Shown: positions 1-8,721 of the stretch, piece after piece
Numbering within the stretch: the stretch's first letter is position 1
Layout of the letters: every line of letters begins with the position of its first letter
Notes under the pieces: generated by a model
Databases searched by the model: none
Told to the model about the DNA's origin: nothing
Seen by the model: only the letters and a program-made list of their open reading frames with translations
Assembly: GCA_964430625.1 (NCBI GenBank)
Contig: CAYSFR010000003.1
Coordinates: forward strand, 329,266 to 393,265
Reading direction: 5' to 3'
Length of the DNA stretch: 64,000 nucleotides
Origin: an uncultured Solibacteraceae bacterium
Lineage (GTDB): Bacteria > Acidobacteriota > Terriglobia > Bryobacterales > Bryobacteraceae
Position numbers and translations under genes: made by a program

Positions 1-1
1 G

Positions 2-892
2 TTTCAGACGCATCTCGCTGACGCTGAATCAAGCGACTTCGAGACGTTTCGGGTCCGATTTTCACGACAAGATGTAACACGGCGAGACTATTGGATTCGG
101 ACGGCCTTTACAGCCGCGCAGTGGCGAGGGTTGGCCGACCACAGCCGAGAAAGAGGACTCGTCTTTCTCTCTTCGCCCTTTTCGCTGGAAGCTGCGAAGC
201 TCTTGGATCCATTAGTTCCGGCCTGGAAGATCTCGGCCGGGGAATTGCATACCGGCCCTCTACTAGATTTCGTAGCGACAACGAAGAAGCCCGTTATTCT
301 CTCAACCGGCCTTGCTTCATGGAAGGAAATCGAGGGCGCGGTTGAGTTGGTGCGACGAAAGTGCGATGAGATCGTGCTGTTACAGTGCACGACGGCATAC
401 CCCTGTCCGCCCGAGCGACTCGGTCTTAATGTGATACGCCAATTAGCTGAGAGGTTCGGTTGTCCGGTGGGGCTCTCCGATCACTCGGGGACGGTCTATG
501 CGGGACTAGCTGCCGCCATTCTTGGTGCCAACATGATCGAAGTTCACATTGTCCTGTCAAAAGATTGCTTCGGACCCGACGTTATGGCCTCGCTTACGCC
601 CACTGACCTGGGTAAGTTAGTTGAGGGCGTCCGGTTTGTCGAGACCGCTTTCCGTTCGCCAGTGGACAAAGATGTAGAGGCCGGTGATCAGGTTCACTTG
701 AAGAAACTATTTTCGAAGAGTATTTTTGCGGCAAAAGAAATTCCGAAGGGACAAGTGATCCAAATAGAAGACTTGTCCATGAAGAAGCCGGGTTTCGGAA
801 TTCCTGCAAACGAAATAGCCAGGGTTGTTGGCAGGAGAACACAACGACATGTTGAGGAGAACGAAATGCTGGCGTATGGCGATTTTGAATGA
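2..892 (+). CDS. neuB: N-acetylneuraminate (nonulosonate) synthase, NeuB family. The 5' end lies upstream of the window.
   Basis: Frame 2 is open from nt 2, and the listed ORF 131..892 begins at an internal TTG. NeuB-type core motifs are present (LSSPFS, WKISAGEL, KPVILSTG, LLQCTTAYPCP, GLSDHSG). There is a C-terminal SAF-like domain (IFAAKEIPKGQVI...MKKPGFGI). Confidence 0.85.
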   Translation, partial: FQTHLADAESSDFETFRVRFSRQDVTRRDYWIRTAFTAAQWRGLADHSRERGLVFLSSPFSLEAAKLLDPLVPAWKISAGELHTGPLLDFVATTKKPVILSTGLASWKEIEGAVELVRRKCDEIVLLQCTTAYPCPPERLGLNVIRQLAERFGCPVGLSDHSGTVYAGLAAAILGANMIEVHIVLSKDCFGPDVMASLTPTDLGKLVEGVRFVETAFRSPVDKDVEAGDQVHLKKLFSKSIFAAKEIPKGQVIQIEDLSMKKPGFGIPANEIARVVGRRTQRHVEENEMLAYGDFE

Positions 893-904
893 AATGAGAC
901 CTGA

Positions 905-2083
905 ATGAGACGAAAGATCTGTGTAGTTCTTGTCGATAGAGCCAATTATGGTCGGCTCATGCCGGTAATGCAAGCGATCGCCGCGACGCCATCTTTAGAA
1001 TTGCAAGTAATAACGGCCGGAACTATGGTACTGGAAAGGTTTCAGAAGCCGAATCGGTTGTTGACCGAGGCAGGATTCCCGATCAGTGCCGAGATCTATA
1101 TGGAGTTAGAGGGGTCAAATCCTCTGACGATGGCCAAGTCTGTGGGACTTGGGATCATCGAATTCTCTAATCACTACGAGCGTCTCAAGCCGGACGTCGT
1201 TCTGGTTATTGGGGACCGATACGAGGCATTGGCGGCTGTGGTGGCCGCTGCTTATATGAATTTATGCATTGCACATATACAAGGCGGTGAGGTTACTGGC
1301 TCAATCGATGAAAGTGCTCGCCATGCTATCTCAAAATTTGCACATTTTCATTTTCCGAGTACAAGACGGAGTACTGAGTATCTGGTCCGAATGGGGGAGC
1401 GAACTGAAAACATTCTTGCTGTTGGGTGCCCCTCTGCAGACGTGGCCAGCAAAGTTGCAACTCGTCCACTTCCCGAGGGCGCCTTTTCAGGAGGATCCGG
1501 CGCTGAAATTAATCCAGAAAGACGCTTCCTGCTCGTGCTCTACCACCCCACTACAACTGTCTACGGTCAGGAGCGAGCGGAAATCGACGAATTGTTGGCA
1601 GCCTTAAACGAGGTGAAAATGCCGACCGTGATGCTTTGGCCGAATATCGACGCTGGCGGAGATCACATCAGCAAGGCGATTAGAATTTTTCGAGACAGGG
1701 AAAGACCCGCGTGGTTGAGGCTGATGACAAACTTTGAACCCGATACATATTTGGCAGTGTTAAATAGGGCGTCATGCGCAATCGGGAATTCGAGCAGCTT
1801 CGTGAGGGACGCCAGCTTCCTGGGAACCCCGATCGTTTTGGTCGGACAGCGCCAAGCCCATCGGGAAACGGGAGAACATGTCAGGTTTGCACGGCCGGTC
1901 TGTGCTGAGATCGTTCCTGCAATAAAAGTTCAACTCGAACATGGGCGTTATGATTCTAGCGAGCTATACGGGCGGAGCGGTATTTCGTCTCGAATCGCGG
2001 AATGCCTGGCGGACCTGAAACCATACGTACAGAAACATCTCGCTTATGCAGATGAACGTGGCCAAAATCATGACGACGAATAA
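905..2083 (+). CDS. neuC: UDP-N-acetylglucosamine 2-epimerase (hydrolysing), NeuC family
   Basis: 392 aa. Motifs: KICVVLVDRANYGRL, GDRYEALAAVVAAAYMNLCIAHIQGGEVTGSIDESARHAISKFAHFHF. It lies between neuB and neuA. Confidence 0.85.
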   Translation: MRRKICVVLVDRANYGRLMPVMQAIAATPSLELQVITAGTMVLERFQKPNRLLTEAGFPISAEIYMELEGSNPLTMAKSVGLGIIEFSNHYERLKPDVVLVIGDRYEALAAVVAAAYMNLCIAHIQGGEVTGSIDESARHAISKFAHFHFPSTRRSTEYLVRMGERTENILAVGCPSADVASKVATRPLPEGAFSGGSGAEINPERRFLLVLYHPTTTVYGQERAEIDELLAALNEVKMPTVMLWPNIDAGGDHISKAIRIFRDRERPAWLRLMTNFEPDTYLAVLNRASCAIGNSSSFVRDASFLGTPIVLVGQRQAHRETGEHVRFARPVCAEIVPAIKVQLEHGRYDSSELYGRSGISSRIAECLADLKPYVQKHLAYADERGQNHDDE

Positions 2084-2120
2084 GGTACAGCGATTTCCCA
2101 ATGGAAGAACAACTCTATAG

Positions 2121-2819
2121 ATGAAGATACTTGGACTAATACCCGCAAGAAAGAACTCTAAAGGGTTGCCGCGCAAGAATTCAATGAAATTGTGCGGAAA
2201 ATCGCTGGTGCAACGGGCCATAGAATGCGGGCTCGAAAGCAACTGTCTAGATCGAATCATCGTCTCCACAGACGACGAGTTGATTGCTGAGGAGGCTCAG
2301 CGGTGTGGCGCAGAGATTCCATTTCTGCGCCCTGAGCAATTCGCGCTGGATTCATCGCCAATGATCGATGTTGTGCTTCATGCTCTAGATTTCTTGTGCC
2401 CAACATATGTTCCTGATGCGGTCCTTCTTTTGCAGCCCACATCGCCGACTCGAGATCCGTCGGCAGTTAGGCGATCGGTCGAACTATTGGCCTCAGATCC
2501 CGAGGCAGAATCGGTATGCTCTGTGTTCCCGGTTCCTCAGGAATATTCTCCTTACCTTCTTATGGAGCCTGGTGAGGGCGGATTTCTCCAGCACGTGGTC
2601 CCGCATGGGCTCACAATCACGCGGCGACAGGACCTGCCGATCACGTACAAGCGGGACGGCGCCATTTTCCTCACCAAAGAGCGTGTGTTGAGACAATCGA
2701 GGACATTTTATGGTCGGCGCTGCATCCCTTTAATTCAGCCTTTCAGCGACCAAGTGAACATCGATAGTATCGACGACTGGCGGCGTGCTGAAGCGATAAT
2801 CTCAAAGACGTCACAATAG
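2121..2819 (+). CDS. neuA: Acylneuraminate cytidylyltransferase (CMP-nonulosonate synthetase), NeuA family
   Basis: 232 aa. The N-terminal ILGLIPARKNSKGLPRKN nucleotide-binding motif is typical of the CMP-NeuAc/CMP-KDO synthetase fold. Confidence 0.85.
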   Translation: MKILGLIPARKNSKGLPRKNSMKLCGKSLVQRAIECGLESNCLDRIIVSTDDELIAEEAQRCGAEIPFLRPEQFALDSSPMIDVVLHALDFLCPTYVPDAVLLLQPTSPTRDPSAVRRSVELLASDPEAESVCSVFPVPQEYSPYLLMEPGEGGFLQHVVPHGLTITRRQDLPITYKRDGAIFLTKERVLRQSRTFYGRRCIPLIQPFSDQVNIDSIDDWRRAEAIISKTSQ

Positions 2820-3047
2820 GTGCTCCGGGTATAATGGGTGTGCTACCGCGAGCCGAGGGCCGAAAGAGGGCGCGGACCGAAAAATGCATTACGTTGCAAG
2901 CGATTCTCATGCTGGCTCGAAAGAGGACCGCCAGGGTCTGACCTGTGTTCGTTCAACCCACGTTGGGACGTTATACTTGGAACCCGGGCGGTACAAGGGT
3001 TGACTGCAGAGCATTCTAGGATTGCCGAATCGACAACGCCTCGGTCG

Positions 3048-4310
3048 ATGGCGCGCAGTGCAGGTCTCTTAAGATATCCTGGACTGATGCAATCTCAAGA
3101 CTCCTCTTCATCCCAGCTAATTGTAAAGATTAGCAGCACAGGCCTCTCCCTCCGTCAGGCCGACGACTCAGGTTATGCCGATTTGTCCGCCGGTACAATC
3201 ACGGCCGCTCTCGATGGCAACGCCAGTACTGCAAGCGCTTTAAGCACAAGTTTTCCAGCCGGGGAGATTCTCTTCGGACAAGGCTCCGGTATTCCGGCGA
3301 CTGAACCGGCCTTAGCTTATGACGCAGCGACCGATATCCTTTCGGTTGGTCCGGTCCAAATTCGAGGTGCAGTTGGCTCCAATAGCACTTACCTTGGCGC
3401 CTCAGCAGGGGCATCCTGCACTGGCATTCAAAACACGTTGATCGGGGCGCAGGTTGGCTCGGCAATGACGTCTGGCCAGGAGAATACTGCAGTCGGATAC
3501 TCAGCACTTCAGTCCAATATCGTTGGTACAAATAATGTTGCAGTCGGCAATCTCGCGTTAAACAAGGCGACTGGAGATTCTAATACCGCAGTTGGAAAGG
3601 ACGCTGCGACCAACACCTCCACAGGTAATTCCAACACCGCAGTTGGACTAGCCGCGATGAAGGAGAACACGACCGCAAGCGGAAACACCGCCGTCGGGGG
3701 GGGCGCCCTCCAGTTAAACCAAACGGGGAACAAGTTGGTCGCCGTGGGTTATGAGGCTGCACGGGCGATGACCGGGAACCGCATTGTTGCGATTGGCTAC
3801 CAAGCAGGGAAGGCAACAACCGGAGGAAGCAACGTAGCCGTAGGTACTGAGGCGCTGCTTTTGAACACAACCTCGGCATTCAATACAGCGGTCGGCGATT
3901 CTGCATTGGCAATTTCAGTCGGAGGAGAAGAAAACACCGCTGTTGGAAGCTCAGCGCTCGGGATAGTAAGTAGCGGCGATAGAAACGTCGGTGTGGGCGC
4001 GGGAGCAGGTACGGACCTTACGAGTGGATCGGACAACACCATTGTAGGCCGATCCGCTACTGCCGGTGCAGGCGCTGCCTCATTTCGAACCGTTATTGGT
4101 TCTGGGGCCAGCGGAGCTGTCGACAACTCCATCACCCTTGGCCGTAATGCTGATACCGTGATAGTTCCTGGGAAGTTTCAGACGGCAACCAGCACACCGT
4201 CGAGTGCTTCTTCTGCCGGCACGACAGGACAATGGGCATGGGACACTTCGTACATCTACATCTGCATCGCCACTAATACGTGGAAGAGAGTGGCCCTGAC
4301 ATCATGGTAA
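3048..4310 (+). CDS. Repeat protein with about 14 degenerate 'N-T-A-V-G' units (YadA-head/Hep_Hag-like or phage tail-fibre-like) and a tail-fibre-like C-terminal tip. No signal peptide is seen.
   Basis: The maximal ORF is 2838..4310 (GTG start). The first in-frame ATGs are at 3048 and 3087, so the start is uncertain. Repeats include ENTAVGYSAL, SNTAVGKDAA, SNTAVGLAAM, GNTAVGGGAL, FNTAVGDSAL, ENTAVGSSAL and variants. The C-terminus is GQWAWDTSYIYICIATNTWKRVALTSW. Confidence 0.6.
   Translation: MARSAGLLRYPGLMQSQDSSSSQLIVKISSTGLSLRQADDSGYADLSAGTITAALDGNASTASALSTSFPAGEILFGQGSGIPATEPALAYDAATDILSVGPVQIRGAVGSNSTYLGASAGASCTGIQNTLIGAQVGSAMTSGQENTAVGYSALQSNIVGTNNVAVGNLALNKATGDSNTAVGKDAATNTSTGNSNTAVGLAAMKENTTASGNTAVGGGALQLNQTGNKLVAVGYEAARAMTGNRIVAIGYQAGKATTGGSNVAVGTEALLLNTTSAFNTAVGDSALAISVGGEENTAVGSSALGIVSSGDRNVGVGAGAGTDLTSGSDNTIVGRSATAGAGAASFRTVIGSGASGAVDNSITLGRNADTVIVPGKFQTATSTPSSASSAGTTGQWAWDTSYIYICIATNTWKRVALTSW
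3429..4145 (+). repeat. Coding tandem-repeat region (period about 14-15 codons) of the NTAVG protein. The repeats are diverged at DNA level.
   Basis: Six exact NTAVG units and about eight variants (NVAVG, LVAVG, IVAIG, NVGVG, NTIVG, RTVIG, SITLG) lie between residues about 198 and 436 of the 2838-based ORF. Confidence 0.7.
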
Positions 4311-4468
4311 ACAATCCGAAAGTATAGATGTCCTAGAGTGCTCGAGAAAATTAAGACACATTTCCAAACATCACTTATTTGCAGGATGCGAGGATCGGCA
4401 TTCGGTTAAAGGGGGGCGTATGCCTCAAACTACACAAACGAACGTGCCGTATTGAGGGGAAATACTAG

Positions 4469-4507
4469 CAGAAGGCGGGCAGTCGTCATCCAACAGCCTG
4501 CCTTCTG
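4469..4507 (+). terminator. Stem-loop after the repeat-protein gene. It is a possible intrinsic terminator or RNA-stabilising hairpin and has no U-tract.
   Basis: CAGAAGGCGGGC (4469-4480) pairs with GCCTGCCTTCTG (4496-4507). That is 12 bp including one G-U pair, with a 15-nt loop. It lies in the 312-nt gap before wzx. Confidence 0.35.
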
Positions 4508-4622
4508 TCCCGCTCGTTAAAATGCGCGTCAAGTTGCGCCGCGCCAAAGCAGAGAAATTATAGATAACTCCCCTACAGTAATCAGGGCAACACAAGGTGA
4601 AGGAGATGGCATTCTCCTGAGA

Positions 4623-6077
4623 GTGTGGAGAATAGGAGAAACTAACAAGAAGTTGAAGGAGACTGCGAATAAACGGAGGCCCGCGCGACCTCAGGCTCGT
4701 CACGCGATTAGCAACCTCTTCGCGCGAGCGATAGCGCTCCCTGCGTCCGTCCTGAGCAGTATATTCCTGGCTAGAATCCTAGGTGAAGAAGCGCGAGGTG
4801 ATTACGGCTTTCTGATGATGTTCAATTCTCTTTGGTTGCCATTGAGCAGCATTGGGCTTGGTGGGGCAGTAACATATTTCCTGAGTACCGCGAAATATTC
4901 TGTCTCTGAAACATGGGCCGCGATGAGCGCAGTTGGGTTTCTTCAGGGTGGCTTAATCGCGATAATAGCCCAGCAGCTATACGGTGCACAACTTCTGGGC
5001 CAAGTTGGGTCTTCGATCCCCTTCGATATATTCTCCATAACAATGATCACGTTGCCCCTTCAAGGCATCCATTCGTTTGGGAGCAGGATACTGCTGGGTG
5101 ATTCACGATACCGGCTCGCAAATATCTTCACGATATTAGCTGCTGTGCTTCCACCGCTAGTTCAGACCATAACCATAATCGCCATTCCCCGGTTCTTACT
5201 TGACGTACCACATCCTGCAAGACACTTTCTTCTGAGCCAAGCCGTCCTTGGGCACAGCATCTCGATATTACTCCAGACCGTCGCAATCGTGAGCGTATTA
5301 TGGATTCAATATGGAGGTGTGAGGTGGTTTCCCGCAGGATTCTTGAGAGAAAGTTTTGGTTATGGCGCAAAGATCTGGTGGGCGGACATCACAGCTCGGC
5401 TTAATCTACGTGGCGATCAGTGGATCCTAGGTATGCGATCGGGGAGTTCGCAGTTAGCATATTACGGGATAGCAGTGACAATTAGCGAACTGGTGTGCCT
5501 GATACCGGATGCCATTAATCAAGTCCTTTTCAATCGTCTGGCAGCGCAGAGTGCCGATGAACAGCGCCGAGAACTGGTCGAACGCATTCATCGACTTCTG
5601 GTCTGGGTCGCATTGATTCAATGTGTTGTCGCATGTATCCTGGCACCAGTAATCATTCCAGTAGTCTTCGGAGAGCGATACAGACCTACAATCGGAGTGT
5701 TGGTGTTATTGCTGCCCGGGGCGATCTGTCTGACAAGTATGAAGGTCTTGACTAAGTATTTCGCCGCGAGTGGCTTGCCTGGCTTATCGAGTATTTCGAC
5801 CATGGCCGGAACTATTATCGGTTTGGGCACCTGCTGGATAGTGTTATGGGAATACCCCGAACTTGGCGCGACGGGCGCGGCCATCACGGCCTCCTTCGGT
5901 TACTTTGCAGGCGCGGCCGTAGGCGGATACCTCTTCTTTGGAAATCGACGAATTACTCAAGAGATGTGGGCCTTGATTCGGTATAACCGAAGTGACTGGG
6001 TCTGGGCGATAGGCCAAATTCGCTATTCAATTAACCCACCACGAAATGTGATCATGACTGATAAGGAGTCCCGCTAG
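4623..6077 (+). CDS. wzx: Oligosaccharide/polysaccharide flippase, Wzx (MOP superfamily)
   Basis: 484 aa. The protein is hydrophobic throughout with many predicted TM segments, and the N-terminal region (ISNLFARAIALPASVLSSIFLARILG) is typical of the family. GTG start. The position in a glycan cluster fits. Confidence 0.7.
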   Translation: MWRIGETNKKLKETANKRRPARPQARHAISNLFARAIALPASVLSSIFLARILGEEARGDYGFLMMFNSLWLPLSSIGLGGAVTYFLSTAKYSVSETWAAMSAVGFLQGGLIAIIAQQLYGAQLLGQVGSSIPFDIFSITMITLPLQGIHSFGSRILLGDSRYRLANIFTILAAVLPPLVQTITIIAIPRFLLDVPHPARHFLLSQAVLGHSISILLQTVAIVSVLWIQYGGVRWFPAGFLRESFGYGAKIWWADITARLNLRGDQWILGMRSGSSQLAYYGIAVTISELVCLIPDAINQVLFNRLAAQSADEQRRELVERIHRLLVWVALIQCVVACILAPVIIPVVFGERYRPTIGVLVLLLPGAICLTSMKVLTKYFAASGLPGLSSISTMAGTIIGLGTCWIVLWEYPELGATGAAITASFGYFAGAAVGGYLFFGNRRITQEMWALIRYNRSDWVWAIGQIRYSINPPRNVIMTDKESR

Positions 6078-6080
6078 ACA

Positions 6081-7466
6081 GTGAAGCAGACCCGAATTCT
6101 CCTCAATGTCACCCACGGATTCCAGGCACGCAACTTTCTTCGATCTGGAATCACTTCGACTCTAACTGAGAACGGAGCAGAAGTGTTTGTCGTAAGTCAG
6201 AACGCAGACGAACGATATTTCCAGTTGGAGTGTGCCGAACAAGGCTTGAAGCTCCAAGGTGATCCCTTTCGGTGTTCTAAGGTCGAGGCGCACTACACAA
6301 ACCTCAGACAATACATTTTCATGAATGAGCGCCTAGGCGCCACTCTGAATTACAAGCGCGAAGTGTTGCGGGTTAGTCGGCCGATATCGTTTATAATTGC
6401 AAGATGGGGAGGGCGGATAATAAACTCCATCGGCTGGATTAGGAGTGTGAGCTTTGAGCTGGAGAAGATGGTATTCAGTGGTGATGAATTTGACTCGTTG
6501 CTCCGGGAGATTCGGCCCGACCTGATTGTGACAGGTACGCCAGGTTACAATGTGTCAGATATTCACTTACTGCGCTCCGCGAAACGTGCGGGTGTTCCGT
6601 CAGCAACAGTGATGCTCTCTTGGGACAACCTCACTTCCAAGGGGGCGATGGGCGCAGTCCCTGATCACCTTCTTGTGTGGAGCCGCCTCATGGCGGAGGA
6701 GTCGCGGGAGTACCACGACTTTAGGGAGGAGAATGTCACAATCTGTGGATCTCCTCAGTTTGATATCTATTCGGAGCGAGCCTCAAATGAAGCTAAAGCA
6801 CAATGGCGTGCCGTTAACGGGATACCTTCTGATGCGGCACTAATCGTTTACGGTACGATCAATCCAGCGATCCTTCCGCACGAACATAAGTTGCTCAAAT
6901 GTGTAATTGAATCGCTTCGAACACTAGATCTTGATCGTCGCCTGTACGTGTGGGTTCGTGTACACCCGCAGGCGGTACGCGGCGAATACAGCGGAAGCTT
7001 ATCGAAATTCGAATCATTGGCGGCATCGGATGTGATCATCGAGAAACCTCCGGTTCAATCAGAAAAGTTGGCGTGGGATCTTCCTCGGCAAGACGCCGAA
7101 CACTTAAAGATGTTGCTGTCTTGCGCTGACGTCGTAGCACTCACGAGTTCCACGCTTGCAATTGATGCCGCGTGCGTCGGAACTCCCGTAATTGGAGTAT
7201 ACTTCGATGGATGTGATGTGCCTCCCCAGGAATCGGTTCGTCGCTTCCTCCGCTATACACACCAGCAAAAGCTGAACAGCAGCGGTGGGATGACTATCGT
7301 ACATTCGCCCGACGAATTAGTACATGCCACACGACGTTATTTAGAATGCAGAAACATGCATTCTAACGAGCGAGAAGAACTTGTGTCGCAGCAACTTGGT
7401 ACGGTCGACGGCAGGGCTGGCCTGCGAATTGGAGAGACCTTATTAGGGATCGCGAGCAGGCAATGA
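6081..7466 (+). CDS. GT-B-fold-like protein of unassigned family. It is a candidate nonulosonate (sialyl-type) transferase or surface-carbohydrate biosynthesis protein.
   Basis: 461 aa. It has an N-terminal Rossmann-like start (RILLNVTHGFQARNFLRSG), a central SWDNLTSKG motif and a C-terminal ADVVALTSSTLAIDAACVGTPVIGVY, as in GT-B C-domains. No known sialyltransferase motif was recognised by eye. Confidence 0.45.
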   Translation: MKQTRILLNVTHGFQARNFLRSGITSTLTENGAEVFVVSQNADERYFQLECAEQGLKLQGDPFRCSKVEAHYTNLRQYIFMNERLGATLNYKREVLRVSRPISFIIARWGGRIINSIGWIRSVSFELEKMVFSGDEFDSLLREIRPDLIVTGTPGYNVSDIHLLRSAKRAGVPSATVMLSWDNLTSKGAMGAVPDHLLVWSRLMAEESREYHDFREENVTICGSPQFDIYSERASNEAKAQWRAVNGIPSDAALIVYGTINPAILPHEHKLLKCVIESLRTLDLDRRLYVWVRVHPQAVRGEYSGSLSKFESLAASDVIIEKPPVQSEKLAWDLPRQDAEHLKMLLSCADVVALTSSTLAIDAACVGTPVIGVYFDGCDVPPQESVRRFLRYTHQQKLNSSGGMTIVHSPDELVHATRRYLECRNMHSNEREELVSQQLGTVDGRAGLRIGETLLGIASRQ

Positions 7467-7545
7467 AGGAGGCGACTCGACTAACCGACTGCAATTCCGC
7501 AGAGTTCGATATTGCGTTATGGTTTGAGTTGGGTGTGGACAGCAG

Positions 7546-8721
7546 ATGGCCTCGCTAGGGAGCGTAAATACAAAGCGCCATATAATCATCGTCTCGTGGA
7601 CAGTTCCTCCGACGAAGACTGGTTCGGCAATGATTGTGGGATCACTCGCACGGGAGTTTAATGTTGGCGAAGTGACCCTAATTGGTGAGAGGCCGATAGG
7701 TGGCCAGCGTAGTGTGGAAGAGGAAGATCGCCTGCGAATCGTGTATTCCGGTTCCGGTGACCTTCTCCCAGTGCGGGGACGCCGCTTTGTTTCGTGGATC
7801 AGGTGGATCTATTTGCCGTCCATCGTGTGGAAGGTGTTGCGTGCGGTGCGGCAGAACCCGGCCGCCGCTATTGTTGCTGTGTATCCGGATATGTTGTACC
7901 TTGCCAGTGCATATATTGCAAGCTGTGTAACCGGCGCGTCATTATACCCATACTTCCACAACACATTCGTCGAAAATCTCAGAGGATTGTCGCGATACTG
8001 GGGGATATGCATTCAGAGAGCAGTTTTCAAAAGATCACGAGTCCTGTTGGTACTAAGCGAGGCGATGCGAAAGGTATATTCCGCGCAAGGCGCTGAGTTT
8101 ACAGTTGAGATCCTACGACATCCTGGACCGGGCTTCAGAAACTTGGAGGAGAGTAGGCCACGGGATGGAGTTATTCGCTGTGCAATTGTCGGCAACATCA
8201 ATGAATCTAACCGAGACGCATTTATTCGAATAGTTCGTGCCCTGGAAGGGATGCGGTCCTATCAATTAACCATATTCTCAGCGACGCCCGAATGGTTCAT
8301 TCGAGGAATTGGAGTCGATACGTTCCGGATGCCAGTTCGGGTATTGGGTGATTTGGAGTTGGCCATTGAAGTAGGGCGCCAGGATCTGCTATTTTTGCCC
8401 CATGGTTTTGCGGGAAACCTGCCACAGGTGGAATATGACACGATATTCCCTACGCGAACAGTAGCATATTTGTTCTCAGGTGTTCCAGTAGTCGCGGTGG
8501 TGCCTCCAACTTCGGCGATCTGTATGTGGCTCAAGGAGAAAGGCTGTGCGGAGGTAGTGACGTCACCCGAGATTTACGAGATTCAACAGGCGGTAACGTC
8601 ATTGGTGAATGACCGCAGACGTCAATTAGAACTCATATCTCGGGCCAAGGGCGCAGCGGTTGAGTTTGATCCTACTACCGTAGCAGCGGAATTGAGGCGT
8701 ATTGTTGAAACACAGTATTGA
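7546..8721 (+). CDS. Glycosyltransferase (GT-B, GT4-like)
   Basis: 391 aa. The C-terminal half (LLFLPHGF...TVAYLFSGVPVVAVVPPTSAICMWLKEKGCAEVV) resembles a GT4 nucleotide-sugar binding domain. The cluster context supports the call. Confidence 0.55.
   Translation: MASLGSVNTKRHIIIVSWTVPPTKTGSAMIVGSLAREFNVGEVTLIGERPIGGQRSVEEEDRLRIVYSGSGDLLPVRGRRFVSWIRWIYLPSIVWKVLRAVRQNPAAAIVAVYPDMLYLASAYIASCVTGASLYPYFHNTFVENLRGLSRYWGICIQRAVFKRSRVLLVLSEAMRKVYSAQGAEFTVEILRHPGPGFRNLEESRPRDGVIRCAIVGNINESNRDAFIRIVRALEGMRSYQLTIFSATPEWFIRGIGVDTFRMPVRVLGDLELAIEVGRQDLLFLPHGFAGNLPQVEYDTIFPTRTVAYLFSGVPVVAVVPPTSAICMWLKEKGCAEVVTSPEIYEIQQAVTSLVNDRRRQLELISRAKGAAVEFDPTTVAAELRRIVETQY

Noticed and set aside
2838-3047. N-terminal 70 codons of the maximal ORF for the repeat protein (GTG start)
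   Set aside because: The translation (MCYREPRAERGRGPKNALRCKRFSCWLERG...) is Arg/Cys-rich and unlike the rest of the protein. A TATAAT hexamer at 2830-2835 would place the transcript start inside it. It is treated as a 5' leader, but the true start remains uncertain.
3429-4145. Possibility that the periodic NTAVG-coding DNA is a CRISPR array or other non-coding tandem repeat
   Set aside because: The repeat units are diverged at DNA level and contiguous, with no unique spacers. They are in frame within one long ORF and conserved at the peptide level.
4425-4703. 92-aa minus-strand ORF in and around the 4311-4622 intergenic gap
   Set aside because: It has no motifs. It runs through the hairpin at 4469-4507 and into the wzx 5' end, and it is opposite in orientation to the whole island.
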